Below are positions 45,522 to 55,906 of a DNA stretch of 64,000 nt, piece by piece; position 1 is the first letter of the stretch, and each line of letters opens with the position of its first letter. The notes under the pieces were generated by a model. It was given only the letters and a program-made list of their open reading frames with translations, did no database searches and was not told the DNA's origin. Where the stretch lies: the NCBI GenBank assembly GCA_018364455.1, contig JAGZLW010000001.1, positions 23,956 through 87,955 on the forward strand, written 5' to 3'. Made by a program: the position numbers and the translations under genes. Source of the stretch: Streptococcus mitis (GTDB lineage Bacteria > Bacillota > Bacilli > Lactobacillales > Streptococcaceae).

Positions 45522-45999
45522 AGGCTGTCAAAATTTCTTCTTGTAAACCGAACATCTCCGCTTCTTCTTCTGGAGTGTAGTGATCATAGCCGTTGATATG
45601 TAAAAAGCCGTGTACTGCCAAGAAGCCCATCTCACGCTCAAAGCTGTGACCATATTCCTCGGCCTGCTCATGAGCCTTATCGATAGAGATGAATAGTTCC
45701 CCAATATAGGCATCAAACTCAGACATCATCTCTGCCAATTCCGGATTTTCAAGTAAATCCTCTTCGTCAAAGGCAATTTCCAACTCTGGTTTATACTCAA
45801 GGCTGATAACATCTGTTGGACGGTCCGTGTCACGGTACTCCAGATTGAGTTCATGACTACGCTCATTAGTCACAAAGGTGACTGCCATTTCCTTGTCTTC
45901 TTTTCCTAATTTTTGGGCTGCAAATTCCAAAATTTCTTGGGTTTGTTGCAACATTTCTTTTGAAACTTGACCAGTTTCATCTACCATTTCAATATACAT
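45502..45999 (-). CDS. ybeY: endoribonuclease YbeY (16S rRNA maturation)
   Basis: 165 aa. '[11 protein letters not shown]' metal-binding motif. Confidence 0.9.
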
Positions 46000-46103
46000 G
46001 TACTTCTCGTTTCTCTTTACTTGGCTTTATTATACCACATTTCCATGATTTTATTCTACCTTTTTGATATAATACTATGGAATACAATCACAAGGAGAGA
46101 ACG

Positions 46104-47759
46104 ATGTCATTTGACGGATTTTTTTTACATCATATGGTTGAGGAATTGCGAAGAGAGTTAGTGAATGGTCGCATTCAGAAAATCAATCAGCCTTTTGAAC
46201 AAGAGTTGGTCTTGCAAATCCGCAGCAATCGTCAAAGCCATCGCCTGCTCCTTTCTGCTCACCCAGTTTTTGGACGCATTCAACTGACCCAAACGACTTT
46301 TGAAAATCCTGCCCAACCTTCTACCTTTATCATGGTTTTGAGAAAATATTTGCAGGGTGCCCTGATTGAGTCGATTGAGCAAGTGGAAAATGACCGTATT
46401 GTGGAAATTACAGTTTCCAATAAAAACGAGATTGGAGACCATATCCAGGCTACCTTGATTATCGAAATTATGGGGAAACACAGTAATATTCTACTGGTTG
46501 ATAAAAGTAGCCACAAAATCCTCGAAGTCATCAAACATGTTGGCTTTTCACAAAATAGCTACCGTACCTTGCTTCCTGGGTCGACCTACATCGCTCCGCC
46601 AAGTACGGAATCTCTCAATCCTTTTACTATCAAGGACGAGAAACTCTTTGAAATCCTGCAAACACAGGAAACGACAGCTAAAAATCTTCAAAACCTCTTT
46701 CAAGGTCTGGGACGCGATACGGCAAATGAATTGGAAAAGATTCTGGTTAGTGATAAACTTTCCACTTTCCGAAACTTTTTCAATCAAGAAACCAAACCAT
46801 GCTTGACTGAGACTTCCTTCAGTCCAGTTCCTTTTGCAAATCAGGTGGGAGAGCCTTTTGCCAGTCTTTCTGATTTGTTGGACACCTACTATAAGGATAA
46901 GGCTGAGCGCGACCGCGTCAAACAGCAAGCCAGTGAACTCATTCGTCGTGTTGAAAATGAACTTCAGAAAAACCGCCACAAACTTAAAAAACAGGAAAAA
47001 GAGTTACTAGCGACAGACAACGCTGAAGAATTTCGCCAAAAAGGAGAATTGCTAACAACCTTCCTCCACCAAGTACCTAACGACCAAAATCAGGTTATCT
47101 TAGAAAACTACTATACCAACCAACCTATCACGATTGCGCTTGATAAGGCTCTGACTCCCAACCAGAATGCCCAACGCTACTTTAAACGGTATCAGAAATT
47201 AAAAGAAGCTGTCAAATACTTGACTGATCTGATTGAGGAAACCAAGGCAACTATTCTCTATTTGGAAAGTGTAGAAACCGTCCTCAACCAAGCTAGACTG
47301 GAAGAAATCGCTGAAATCCGTGAAGAATTGATTCAAACAGGTTTTATCCGCAGAAGACAACGGGAGAAAATCCAGAAACGCAAAAAACCAGAACAATATC
47401 TAGCAAGCGATGGCAAAACCATCATCTATGTCGGCCGAAACAACCTACAAAACGAGGAGCTAACCTTTAAAATGGCCCGCAAGGAAGAACTTTGGTTCCA
47501 TGCCAAGGACATTCCTGGAAGCCACGTTGTCATCTCAGGCAATCTTGATCCATCTGATGAAGTCAAGACAGACGCAGCAGAGTTGGCTGCCTACTTCTCG
47601 CAAGGTCGCCTGTCAAATCTGATCCAGGTAGATATGATTGAAGTCAAGAAACTCAACAAACCAACTGGTGGAAAACCAGGCTTTGTCACTTACACAGGAC
47701 AAAAGACCCTCCGCGTCACACCAGACCCCGAAAAAATTACATCCATGAAAAAATCCTGA
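46104..47759 (+). CDS. rqcH: RqcH / fibronectin-binding protein A family (NFACT domains); PavA homologue
   Basis: Starts at the internal 'MSFDGFFLHHMVEEL' of the 560-aa track ORF. N-terminal NFACT-N, a coiled-coil middle and a C-terminal NFACT-R region ('FHAKDIPGSHVVI'). Confidence 0.85.
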   Translation: MSFDGFFLHHMVEELRRELVNGRIQKINQPFEQELVLQIRSNRQSHRLLLSAHPVFGRIQLTQTTFENPAQPSTFIMVLRKYLQGALIESIEQVENDRIVEITVSNKNEIGDHIQATLIIEIMGKHSNILLVDKSSHKILEVIKHVGFSQNSYRTLLPGSTYIAPPSTESLNPFTIKDEKLFEILQTQETTAKNLQNLFQGLGRDTANELEKILVSDKLSTFRNFFNQETKPCLTETSFSPVPFANQVGEPFASLSDLLDTYYKDKAERDRVKQQASELIRRVENELQKNRHKLKKQEKELLATDNAEEFRQKGELLTTFLHQVPNDQNQVILENYYTNQPITIALDKALTPNQNAQRYFKRYQKLKEAVKYLTDLIEETKATILYLESVETVLNQARLEEIAEIREELIQTGFIRRRQREKIQKRKKPEQYLASDGKTIIYVGRNNLQNEELTFKMARKEELWFHAKDIPGSHVVISGNLDPSDEVKTDAAELAAYFSQGRLSNLIQVDMIEVKKLNKPTGGKPGFVTYTGQKTLRVTPDPEKITSMKKS

Positions 47760-47787
47760 TTTTACTTGAAATCAGGATTTTTAACTT

Positions 47788-47983
47788 ATACTCAATGAAA
47801 ATCAAAGAGCAAACTAGGAAGCTAGCCGCAGGTTGCTCAAAGCACTGCTTTGAGGTTGGAGATAAGACTGACGAAGTCAGCTCAAAACACTGTTTTGAGG
47901 TTGCAGATAGAACTGACAAAGTCAGTAACCATATATAATCCAAGGCGACGTTGACGTGGTTTGAAGAGATTTTCGAAGAGCAT
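47788..47983 (-). repeat. BOX element in inverse orientation with two boxB units (boxC-boxB-boxB-boxA on the plus strand)
   Basis: 'atactcaatgaaaatcaaagagcaaactaggaa' (boxC reverse complement). Two boxB units follow ('...aagcactgctttgaggttgg...', '...aaacactgttttgaggttgc...'), then 'ggtttgaagagattttcgaagag' (boxA reverse complement). Confidence 0.85.
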
Positions 47984-48016
47984 TACTACTCACTCAAATC
48001 ATATCCAATTATAGGA

Positions 48017-49729
48017 CTAATCTTTGCCACCTAGTTTCTCGTTGATTTTCATCATCACACTAGCAATTTTTTCGCCCCAATAAGGATCTGAGGCATATTC
48101 CACATTCATACCAGACGCCTTGTTTCCAAGGAAAGTTCTGCCCCTATCGATATAATTTTCCTTAATCCACTTGGTGGCACCTAAAATTCCCTTATCCACA
48201 TCATCAAATGTCTTGGCAGAAAGGTAAGGGGTCGTATCATAGGCTGTAATTCCAAAGAAATTATTCTTATCTTTGGCAATCTTGCTACGTCCCCAATCAC
48301 TTTCTAAAGCACTATGGGCAAGGAGATAGAGGGCATTGATATGGTAATGTTCTTCGGCTTCCTTAAAGGTAGCTCCCTTGTTTTCCAAGAGACTATTGTC
48401 AATATTTAACAGACTAAATACCTTATCCAAGTCTTCAGCACTATAGTTTGTAGCCTCTGTCAAATCTTTGAAAAGGAAGGGGATTTCAAGGTTAAAACCA
48501 TCAAAATGCAGCCCATCTGCCGAATAATATTTCTTGCCTACTTCCATATCAGAAAGATGAGAAGCTACTGGGATACTAGCATTCTGAGCCACATAGTGAT
48601 AAAAACGATGTCCATCACTCTCATAATAAGGGATAAAATCCTTACTAGCATCTAGCGCTTGTAAATCTTCTGTTTTCATGTAGCCTGACAAACCAGAAAT
48701 AGTAATAGCCAAGCGCTTGTCATCACTTTTTCTATCCCTATCTAGCCAGACGACACTACCTTGCGATATATAGGAGAGCTTTTTACCATCTACATTATAA
48801 ATATTTGCTGTGACAGGCACTACTTGATAGTAAGCAGCATTTTCGTTTGTAGCTTTTTCTCCAAGCCATTTACCGTCGCTTCCAAGCTGATAACCATCTA
48901 CAGTCTCATTTTTCGCCATGTAGCCACCAGATTTGAAGTAGTACCAGGCTTGACTTTTAGAATCGTATAACCATTCTTTCTCAGTCATTTTCCCATCAGA
49001 TTTTATATAAAACCAAGATTCCTTATCCCAAATCCATTCATTCACTGCCAAATAGCCACCGGATTTTAGATAATAATAGTGACCATTTTCGAAAATCCAT
49101 TCTTTATCAGCATGATTTCCATTTGCTTTGATGTAAAACCAAGATTGGTATTGTTTGTCATAAAGCCAACCTTGCTGTACTTTGGCACCACTAGCATTCA
49201 CATAAGCCTGCTCAATCCACTGACTTGTTAGTAAATAACCGCCAGATTTAAAATAATAGTCCTTGCCCTTAATTTGGAGCCATTCTTTCTCTGCGTGTTG
49301 TCCATCTGCTTTTATATAAAACCAAGCGTCGTATTGAGAATCATAGACCCAGTCTTCGATTACTTTGGCACCTGTTGCACCAACATAGGAAGTTCCTACC
49401 CAAGCATTTCTTTTCATCTTTCCATTTTGGTCAAGATAATAGAGGACTCCCTTGTCTTCTACCCATTCTGACTTGGCCATATAGCCACCAGATTTTAGGT
49501 AAAAATAGTCGTCACCTTGTTTCAGCCATTCATTTTCAGCGTAGTTTGCATCTTCTTTTATATAAAACCAAGATTGATAGTGAGCATCAAAAACCCACTC
49601 ATTGGCTGCTTGACTCCCATCTGCTTTCAGGTATTGTTTTCCTTGCCAAGTACCATCACTAGCCATTGCACTCTCTGGTCTGGCTAAGAAAAATAGCAGA
49701 CCTAAAAAAACAAATCTCAATTTCTTCAT
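48017..49729 (-). CDS. lytB: choline-binding endo-beta-N-acetylglucosaminidase LytB
   Basis: 570 aa. Signal peptide, about 13 choline-binding repeats (GW.K..G.W(Y/F)Y...G.M), then a C-terminal GH73 glucosaminidase domain ('YLLAHSALESDWGRSKIA...NFFGI'). The repeat array is shorter than in typical pneumococcal LytB. Confidence 0.85.
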   Translation of the reverse strand: MKKLRFVFLGLLFFLARPESAMASDGTWQGKQYLKADGSQAANEWVFDAHYQSWFYIKEDANYAENEWLKQGDDYFYLKSGGYMAKSEWVEDKGVLYYLDQNGKMKRNAWVGTSYVGATGAKVIEDWVYDSQYDAWFYIKADGQHAEKEWLQIKGKDYYFKSGGYLLTSQWIEQAYVNASGAKVQQGWLYDKQYQSWFYIKANGNHADKEWIFENGHYYYLKSGGYLAVNEWIWDKESWFYIKSDGKMTEKEWLYDSKSQAWYYFKSGGYMAKNETVDGYQLGSDGKWLGEKATNENAAYYQVVPVTANIYNVDGKKLSYISQGSVVWLDRDRKSDDKRLAITISGLSGYMKTEDLQALDASKDFIPYYESDGHRFYHYVAQNASIPVASHLSDMEVGKKYYSADGLHFDGFNLEIPFLFKDLTEATNYSAEDLDKVFSLLNIDNSLLENKGATFKEAEEHYHINALYLLAHSALESDWGRSKIAKDKNNFFGITAYDTTPYLSAKTFDDVDKGILGATKWIKENYIDRGRTFLGNKASGMNVEYASDPYWGEKIASVMMKINEKLGGKD

Positions 49730-49796
49730 AAACTTTCTTCCTCTGTTCTTTCTATTTTATTGTATCAAAATTCTCTATAATCAACATTACAAACTG

Positions 49797-49822
49797 ATAA
49801 AAAATCAAGAACAGATTGATTG
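49797..49822 (-). terminator. rho-independent terminator after pyrDB
   Basis: Minus-strand 'aatcaatctgttcttgatt' hairpin followed by 'ttttttatcag'. Confidence 0.5.
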
Positions 49823-49826
49823 CAGT

Positions 49827-51576
<1,750 letters not shown>

Positions 51577-51599
51577 GACTTTTCCTCCTTAAATTTTAA

Positions 51600-51745
51600 G
51601 GGGACCAGACAAAGAAAAGACCTTGCTAGTGCAAGGCCTCAGTTAAAATCGTACAACAGAAGAGAGCACACTCAAAAAGTCTCCTCTAGAAAATTGTACT
51701 ATTCTTTTATCTGACACCTTGTGAGTCTCTCTGGACTCCCCTTAA
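51600..51745 (-). promoter_or_regulatory. PyrR-binding attenuator leader of pyrK-pyrDB
   Basis: The minus strand contains 'GGAGUCCAGAGAGACUCAC', matching the PyrR binding loop consensus ARUCCNGNGAGGYU at 13 of 14 positions. A terminator 'ccttgcactagcaagg' + 'tcttttctttg' (plus 51610..51645) lies just before the pyrK RBS. Confidence 0.6.
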
Positions 51746-51751
51746 AGGTTA

Positions 51752-51780
51752 AATTTTTACTAGTATACTCTTTCAGCTAA
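51752..51780 (-). promoter_or_regulatory. sigma-A promoter for the pyr leader
   Basis: Minus strand 'TTGACT'-17 nt-'TATACT'. The -35 lies inside the U-tract of the upstream gloA terminator. Confidence 0.45.
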
Positions 51781-51800
51781 AAAAAGTCAAGTAGAAAACG
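51781..51800 (-). terminator. gloA terminator hairpin
   Basis: 'gtagaa aacgaaca ttctac' inverted repeat followed on the minus strand by 'ttgacttttttt'. Confidence 0.45.
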
Positions 51801-51824
51801 AACATTCTACTTGACTTCACGAGA

Positions 51825-52205
51825 TTATTTTTCACGAATGACTTCGACCTTGTAGCCATCAGGGTCTTTGACAAAGTAATAGTTAGGTGCAGTTCCTGGT
51901 AAACCATTTGGCTCAGTAACTTCATATCCTTTGGCACTATGCTCTTGATGAAGCGCCTCAAGATCAGGTGTACTGAGGGCGATATGGGCAAATCCATCTC
52001 CAACCACATAAGGACCATGATCGTAGTTATAAGTCAACTCCAACTCATAGTCGTCTCCTTCAAGTCCGAGATAGACAATCGTGAAGGCATGGTCTGGAAA
52101 ATCTCTGCGACGCAATTCTTTAAATCCAAAAGCATCTTGATAAAATGCAATTGATTTTTCAAGATTTTCTACTCGCAAGCAAGTGTGTAGCATTTTTGAA
52201 GACAT
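51825..52205 (-). CDS. gloA: lactoylglutathione lyase / VOC family glyoxalase I
   Basis: 126 aa. 'HTCLRVENLEKSIAFY' and 'GFAHIAL' VOC motifs. Confidence 0.85.
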   Translation of the reverse strand: MSSKMLHTCLRVENLEKSIAFYQDAFGFKELRRRDFPDHAFTIVYLGLEGDDYELELTYNYDHGPYVVGDGFAHIALSTPDLEALHQEHSAKGYEVTEPNGLPGTAPNYYFVKDPDGYKVEVIREK

Positions 52206-52263
52206 ATTTTTCTCCTTTATTTTTAAAAAGACTGGGACAATCCTGTTCCAGTCTTATCTGTTA

Positions 52264-52623
52264 TTATTTACCAAGTTTTGCTTTCGCTGCATCTGCAAGA
52301 GCTGTGAAAGCTGCTGCATCGTTAACAGCCAAGTCAGCAAGCATTTTACGGTTAACTTCGATCTCAGCCAATTTCAAACCATGCATCAATTGTGAGTATG
52401 AAAGTCCGTTCATACGAGCTGCCGCGTTGATACGAGTGATCCACAATTTGCGGAAGTCACGTTTTTTCTGACGACGGTCGCGGTATGCATAGTAGTAAGA
52501 GTTCATTACTTGTTCTTTTGCAGTACGGAACAAGATGTGTTTAGCTCCATAGTAACCTTTTGCTAATTTTAAAATACGTTTACGACGTTTGCGTGATACA
52601 ACGCCACCTTTAACACGTGCCAT
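52264..52623 (-). CDS. rplT: 50S ribosomal protein L20
   Basis: 119 aa. '[26 protein letters not shown]' is the L20 N-terminus. Confidence 0.95.
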   Translation of the reverse strand: MARVKGGVVSRKRRKRILKLAKGYYGAKHILFRTAKEQVMNSYYYAYRDRRQKKRDFRKLWITRINAAARMNGLSYSQLMHGLKLAEIEVNRKMLADLAVNDAAAFTALADAAKAKLGK

Positions 52624-52674
52624 GTTTTATTTCCTCCAAATATTTCCTAGAATTGTTTACTTACAGTCAAGCTA

Positions 52675-52875
52675 TTATTTCAAGCGAGTAAGCATTGCTT
52701 TGATACGTTTGTAATCTCCTGAATGCACCATAGATGCTTTACGAAGATGACGACGTTGTTTCTTAGTTTTTCCGTGGAAACGGTGAGAAGTGTAAGCACG
52801 GAAACGTTTAAGTCCACCAGAACCTGTACGTTTGAAACGTTTAGCTGATGCGCGGTGTGTTTTTTGTTTTGGCAT
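52675..52875 (-). CDS. rpmI: 50S ribosomal protein L35
   Basis: 66 aa. '[21 protein letters not shown]'. Confidence 0.95.
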   Translation of the reverse strand: MPKQKTHRASAKRFKRTGSGGLKRFRAYTSHRFHGKTKKQRRHLRKASMVHSGDYKRIKAMLTRLK

Positions 52876-52907
52876 GATTTTTTCTCCTTTATTTAACTTT
52901 CTGACAA

Positions 52908-53429
52908 TTATTTTTTGTCAGTCGCTGGCGCCAATTGCATGAACATTTGACGTCCATCCATTTTAGCACGTTGTTCGATGATGGCAATATCTTGAGTTGC
53001 TTCAGCAAACTCGGCTAAAACTTTTGCACCAATCTCTTTATGGGTAATCATACGACCCTTAAAGCGAATAGATACCTTAACTTTATTTCCTTTTTCAAGG
53101 AATTTGCGTGCATTGCGAAGTTTTGTATCAAAGTCACCCTTGTCAATAGTTGGACTTAGACGAACTTCTTTCACAGTAACAACACTTTGTTTTTTACGTT
53201 GTTCTTTTTGCTTCTTCTGGTACTCAAATTTGAACTTACCGTAGTCCATAATTTTTGCAACAGGCGGTTTGGCTTGGGGTTGAATCAATACTAGGTCAAC
53301 ATTAGCGTTATCAGCCAAAGCTTGCGCTTCACTGAGTGGCTTGATGCCTAGCTGTTCTCCTTCAAGACCAATCAAGCGAACTTCACGTACACGAATCTCA
53401 TCATTGATGAATAAGTCTTGCTTTGCTAT
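52908..53429 (-). CDS. infC: translation initiation factor IF-3, probable non-AUG (AUA/GUG) start
   Basis: The IF3 sequence begins '(M)[21 protein letters not shown]'. The RBS 'aaagagg' sits 7 nt before an ATA codon at 53429. The upstream Met of the track ORF (53495) lies inside a leader hairpin and is rejected. Confidence 0.85.
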
Positions 53430-53622
53430 GGTTTTCACCTCTTTTGTTTTATTAGAGAAAAACAATAGCGGACTCGTAAATATACAAGCCCGCACGTTAT
53501 GATAGCGTTTCTTAGAAACTTTTCATCCGTAGGGCCAGGCAACTTAATGTCACAAGGCGAGAAGCTCTCACTTCTGCTTTTCTCAACTTTTATATGATAC
53601 CAAGTTTTCGAGCTCTTGTCAA
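53430..53622 (-). promoter_or_regulatory. infC-rpmI-rplT leader (L20-leader-like attenuator) with sigma-A promoter
   Basis: Minus strand TTGACA (53617-53622) -17 nt- TATCAT (53594-53599) gives a leader of about 155 nt. The leader hairpin 'gcgggcttgtatatttacgagtccgc' + 'tattgttttt' lies directly before the infC RBS. Confidence 0.4.
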
Positions 53623-53743
53623 GATAAAAAGTTATTTTTTTAAAGTTTCTGTTTGTATTTTGGCTTGGTTTCCTAATTAAAAAGAGAGAATCAAGTTGAT
53701 TCCCTCTCTATGTTAGTTTTTACTTATTTTCCCTATAGGAATG

Positions 53744-54928
53744 CTAAAACCTATTAAAAAATTCTTTTTTCTGTGAACTTCCCCATCTTTCGATAAATAG
53801 AATCCCCACTAACAAAAGGATAATCAGGCAAGGAAGTAAGACCATCCCCATGCTCCAATTCAGATTGACATTATCAATCTGCTTAGGTAATCTACCAGAC
53901 AAAATCTCCACTGAACGCAAGTAAGTAAAGGGAATCAGATGTGCAATCCTTTGAAGAGGCTGAATTGTTTGGATGCCAAACAATAAGCCAACAATCCCAA
54001 TAAGTGACAGAAAGAGGACAGGCATTTTTTGCTTGAAAAAGTAAGTAATCAAATACACAACTTCCACAATGACGATAACGGCTAAGAAAGCTAAGAACAA
54101 GCCAGGAAATAACACATCTTGTATCTTTCCAATAGTTACCTCTTGATTCGTTAAGCTATAAATCGGGTAGGGGTAATCTAACTGTCCAAAACCGCTTATC
54201 AGACTTCCCACTAGAAAAGAAAATCCGCTGATTCCGATAAACAGCACGGTTACATAGCTCACCCCAACTCCAAGAGAGGACATGGCAAATGCCACTTTTG
54301 AAAAAGGATATAACTGAGCTGTATCCAGATGATTTTGATACCTTTCTGCAAATAGTTGCGTTAGCATAAAAATAATAGCAACTACAAACAATCTTGGGAT
54401 GATAGCCTCTAAAATCCAGACAATCTGATCAATCCCGTAGGTCGGATAAACTAAATTGTGGGCTTTTATGTTCAAGGGATATAAGGCTTGGTAAATCTTT
54501 CGCTCGCGGTCAACCGCCATTTTTAAGTCAGAACTAGCAGTCGGTTCCTTTGATAAAATTTCATAACTCTTCTCTACATCTTGCCACTGCAAATAGTAGG
54601 CTTCTTTCCAGCGTCCTTCTTTTAACAAAGCCAGAATTTCTGTCTTTTGCGTCAAAAGATTTTTTTGCGAGTCTAAATTTTCTTTAGCAAACTGATATTC
54701 CTCCGAGCTGGTGTCAGATATTTGGGAGAGTTTCTCTTCATATTCATTGATGACTCTCTCATCTTTTACAAGACGGGTTTCCAACTCGCTCTCCAAGCTG
54801 ACGGAGTTTGCAGTCTGACTATTAAAATAAAAGGTAACACCGAGTCCAGATACAAATAAAGCTAAGATAATCCAGTTTAAGCGACTTTTGAAAACTTTTT
54901 TTAATAAAAATAGACTAACATCTTTCAT
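53744..54928 (-). CDS. ABC-2-type transporter permease with N-terminal TM, large extracytoplasmic coiled-coil-like domain and C-terminal 6-TM bundle
   Basis: 394 aa. Topology inferred from hydrophobic segments. Its start lies 4 nt after the ATPase gene stop. Confidence 0.65.
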   Translation of the reverse strand: MKDVSLFLLKKVFKSRLNWIILALFVSGLGVTFYFNSQTANSVSLESELETRLVKDERVINEYEEKLSQISDTSSEEYQFAKENLDSQKNLLTQKTEILALLKEGRWKEAYYLQWQDVEKSYEILSKEPTASSDLKMAVDRERKIYQALYPLNIKAHNLVYPTYGIDQIVWILEAIIPRLFVVAIIFMLTQLFAERYQNHLDTAQLYPFSKVAFAMSSLGVGVSYVTVLFIGISGFSFLVGSLISGFGQLDYPYPIYSLTNQEVTIGKIQDVLFPGLFLAFLAVIVIVEVVYLITYFFKQKMPVLFLSLIGIVGLLFGIQTIQPLQRIAHLIPFTYLRSVEILSGRLPKQIDNVNLNWSMGMVLLPCLIILLLVGILFIERWGSSQKKEFFNRF

Positions 54929-54931
54929 AAA

Positions 54932-55519
54932 CTAAACCTCTTCTATTTGCCCCTGATGAATGGTTACTACTCTATCGCAGACATCAAGCAACTCTTCCTT
55001 ATAGTGGGAACTTAAAAGAACCAGCTGTTCTTGTCTATCGATTTGTGTTAGCCTATCAAAAAACTTCTGTCGATAATACTCATCTAAGCCATTTGTAATC
55101 TCATCCATAAGCCAGCATTTGGCCTGACTGAGGAAATACATGGCAATCACCAAGCGTTGCTTCATACCTAAGGAATACTTGCGAATGGGAAGGCTGATAT
55201 AATCAGACATTTCCCAGTAGGCGATTTCCTCCCTCAAGTTCAGATCTGACTTCCAGATGTTTTTTATAAGACGAAGGTAGTCCATCCCACTTAGGTTACC
55301 ATCCAGCCATTCAATGCTTTCATAATAAAATAAAGAAGGAGGGGCTACAATATTTCCACTACTTATAGGAATTAAATTGCTAATGGCGCGGAACAGGGTC
55401 GTCTTTCCAGAGCCATTTATAGCAAGAATACCATAAATCCTACCCTTTTCAAATGTAAAATCAACATCTTGTAAGATGACTTGTCGCGTTTTTAAGGTCA
55501 CATGAGTAAGCTGCAACAT
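54932..55519 (-). CDS. ABC transporter ATP-binding protein (short, 195 aa)
   Basis: Walker A 'GINGSGKTT', degenerate signature 'YSLGMKQR', Walker B 'CWLMDEITNGLD' and H-loop 'SSHY'. Confidence 0.8.
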   Translation of the reverse strand: MLQLTHVTLKTRQVILQDVDFTFEKGRIYGILAINGSGKTTLFRAISNLIPISSGNIVAPPSLFYYESIEWLDGNLSGMDYLRLIKNIWKSDLNLREEIAYWEMSDYISLPIRKYSLGMKQRLVIAMYFLSQAKCWLMDEITNGLDEYYRQKFFDRLTQIDRQEQLVLLSSHYKEELLDVCDRVVTIHQGQIEEV

Positions 55520-55539
55520 ATCTAGCCCTCCTTTTTGGA

Positions 55540-55704
55540 TTAATAGCCTCCACTGTAGTGGTTTAGTACCTCATAACGATTGTACTTCCAGCCTCCGCCA
55601 ACTTTATACTCAGAATAGCTATAATAATGAGACCATGACGGAATCCAAGCATATTGATGGTCGTGATAGTTGGTACTATAATTCCCAAACCGTATTCCAA
55701 TCAT
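55540..55704 (-). CDS. candidate small peptide (54 aa, Tyr/Trp/Gly/His-rich) preceding the ABC ATPase gene
   Basis: Not in the track. Translation: MIGIRFGNYSTNYHDHQYAWIPSWSHYYSYSEYKVGGGWKYNRYEVLNHYSGGY. Its stop is 20 nt before the ATPase ATG. The ORF has coding-like GC (~40%) after a ~25% GC intergenic tract. A promoter-like TTGCAT-17-TATAAT lies about 110 nt upstream on the minus strand. Confidence 0.35.
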   Translation of the reverse strand: MIGIRFGNYSTNYHDHQYAWIPSWSHYYSYSEYKVGGGWKYNRYEVLNHYSGGY

Positions 55705-55906
55705 ACTTGTAACTTTTAGTGACTGTCATAGCAGATATACTGGACTGAAAAAGACCAATAATCATAAACTAACTAATTAAACGATTTTTACTAATTTTTA
55801 ATGGTTTTATATCATTAATATTAAATACGCTTTCATTATATCGTTTTTATCATTATTATGCAACAGATTTTTAGTTTATTTTACTAATATATAATATTTG
55901 TCCTTC

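Noticed and set aside
53430-53495. N-terminal 22 codons of the listed infC ORF ([22 protein letters not shown])
   Set aside because: No IF3 homology. The stretch overlaps a leader hairpin/terminator, and a proper SD precedes the downstream ATA/GTG start instead.
55705-55906. Tiny ORFs (5-29 aa) in the AT-rich spacer upstream of the 54-aa peptide ORF, including MIIGLFQSSISAMTVTKSYKYDWNTVWEL
   Set aside because: No RBS, AT-rich (~25% GC) context, and overlap with the longer frame. Regarded as noise, although the 29-aa frame cannot be formally excluded.
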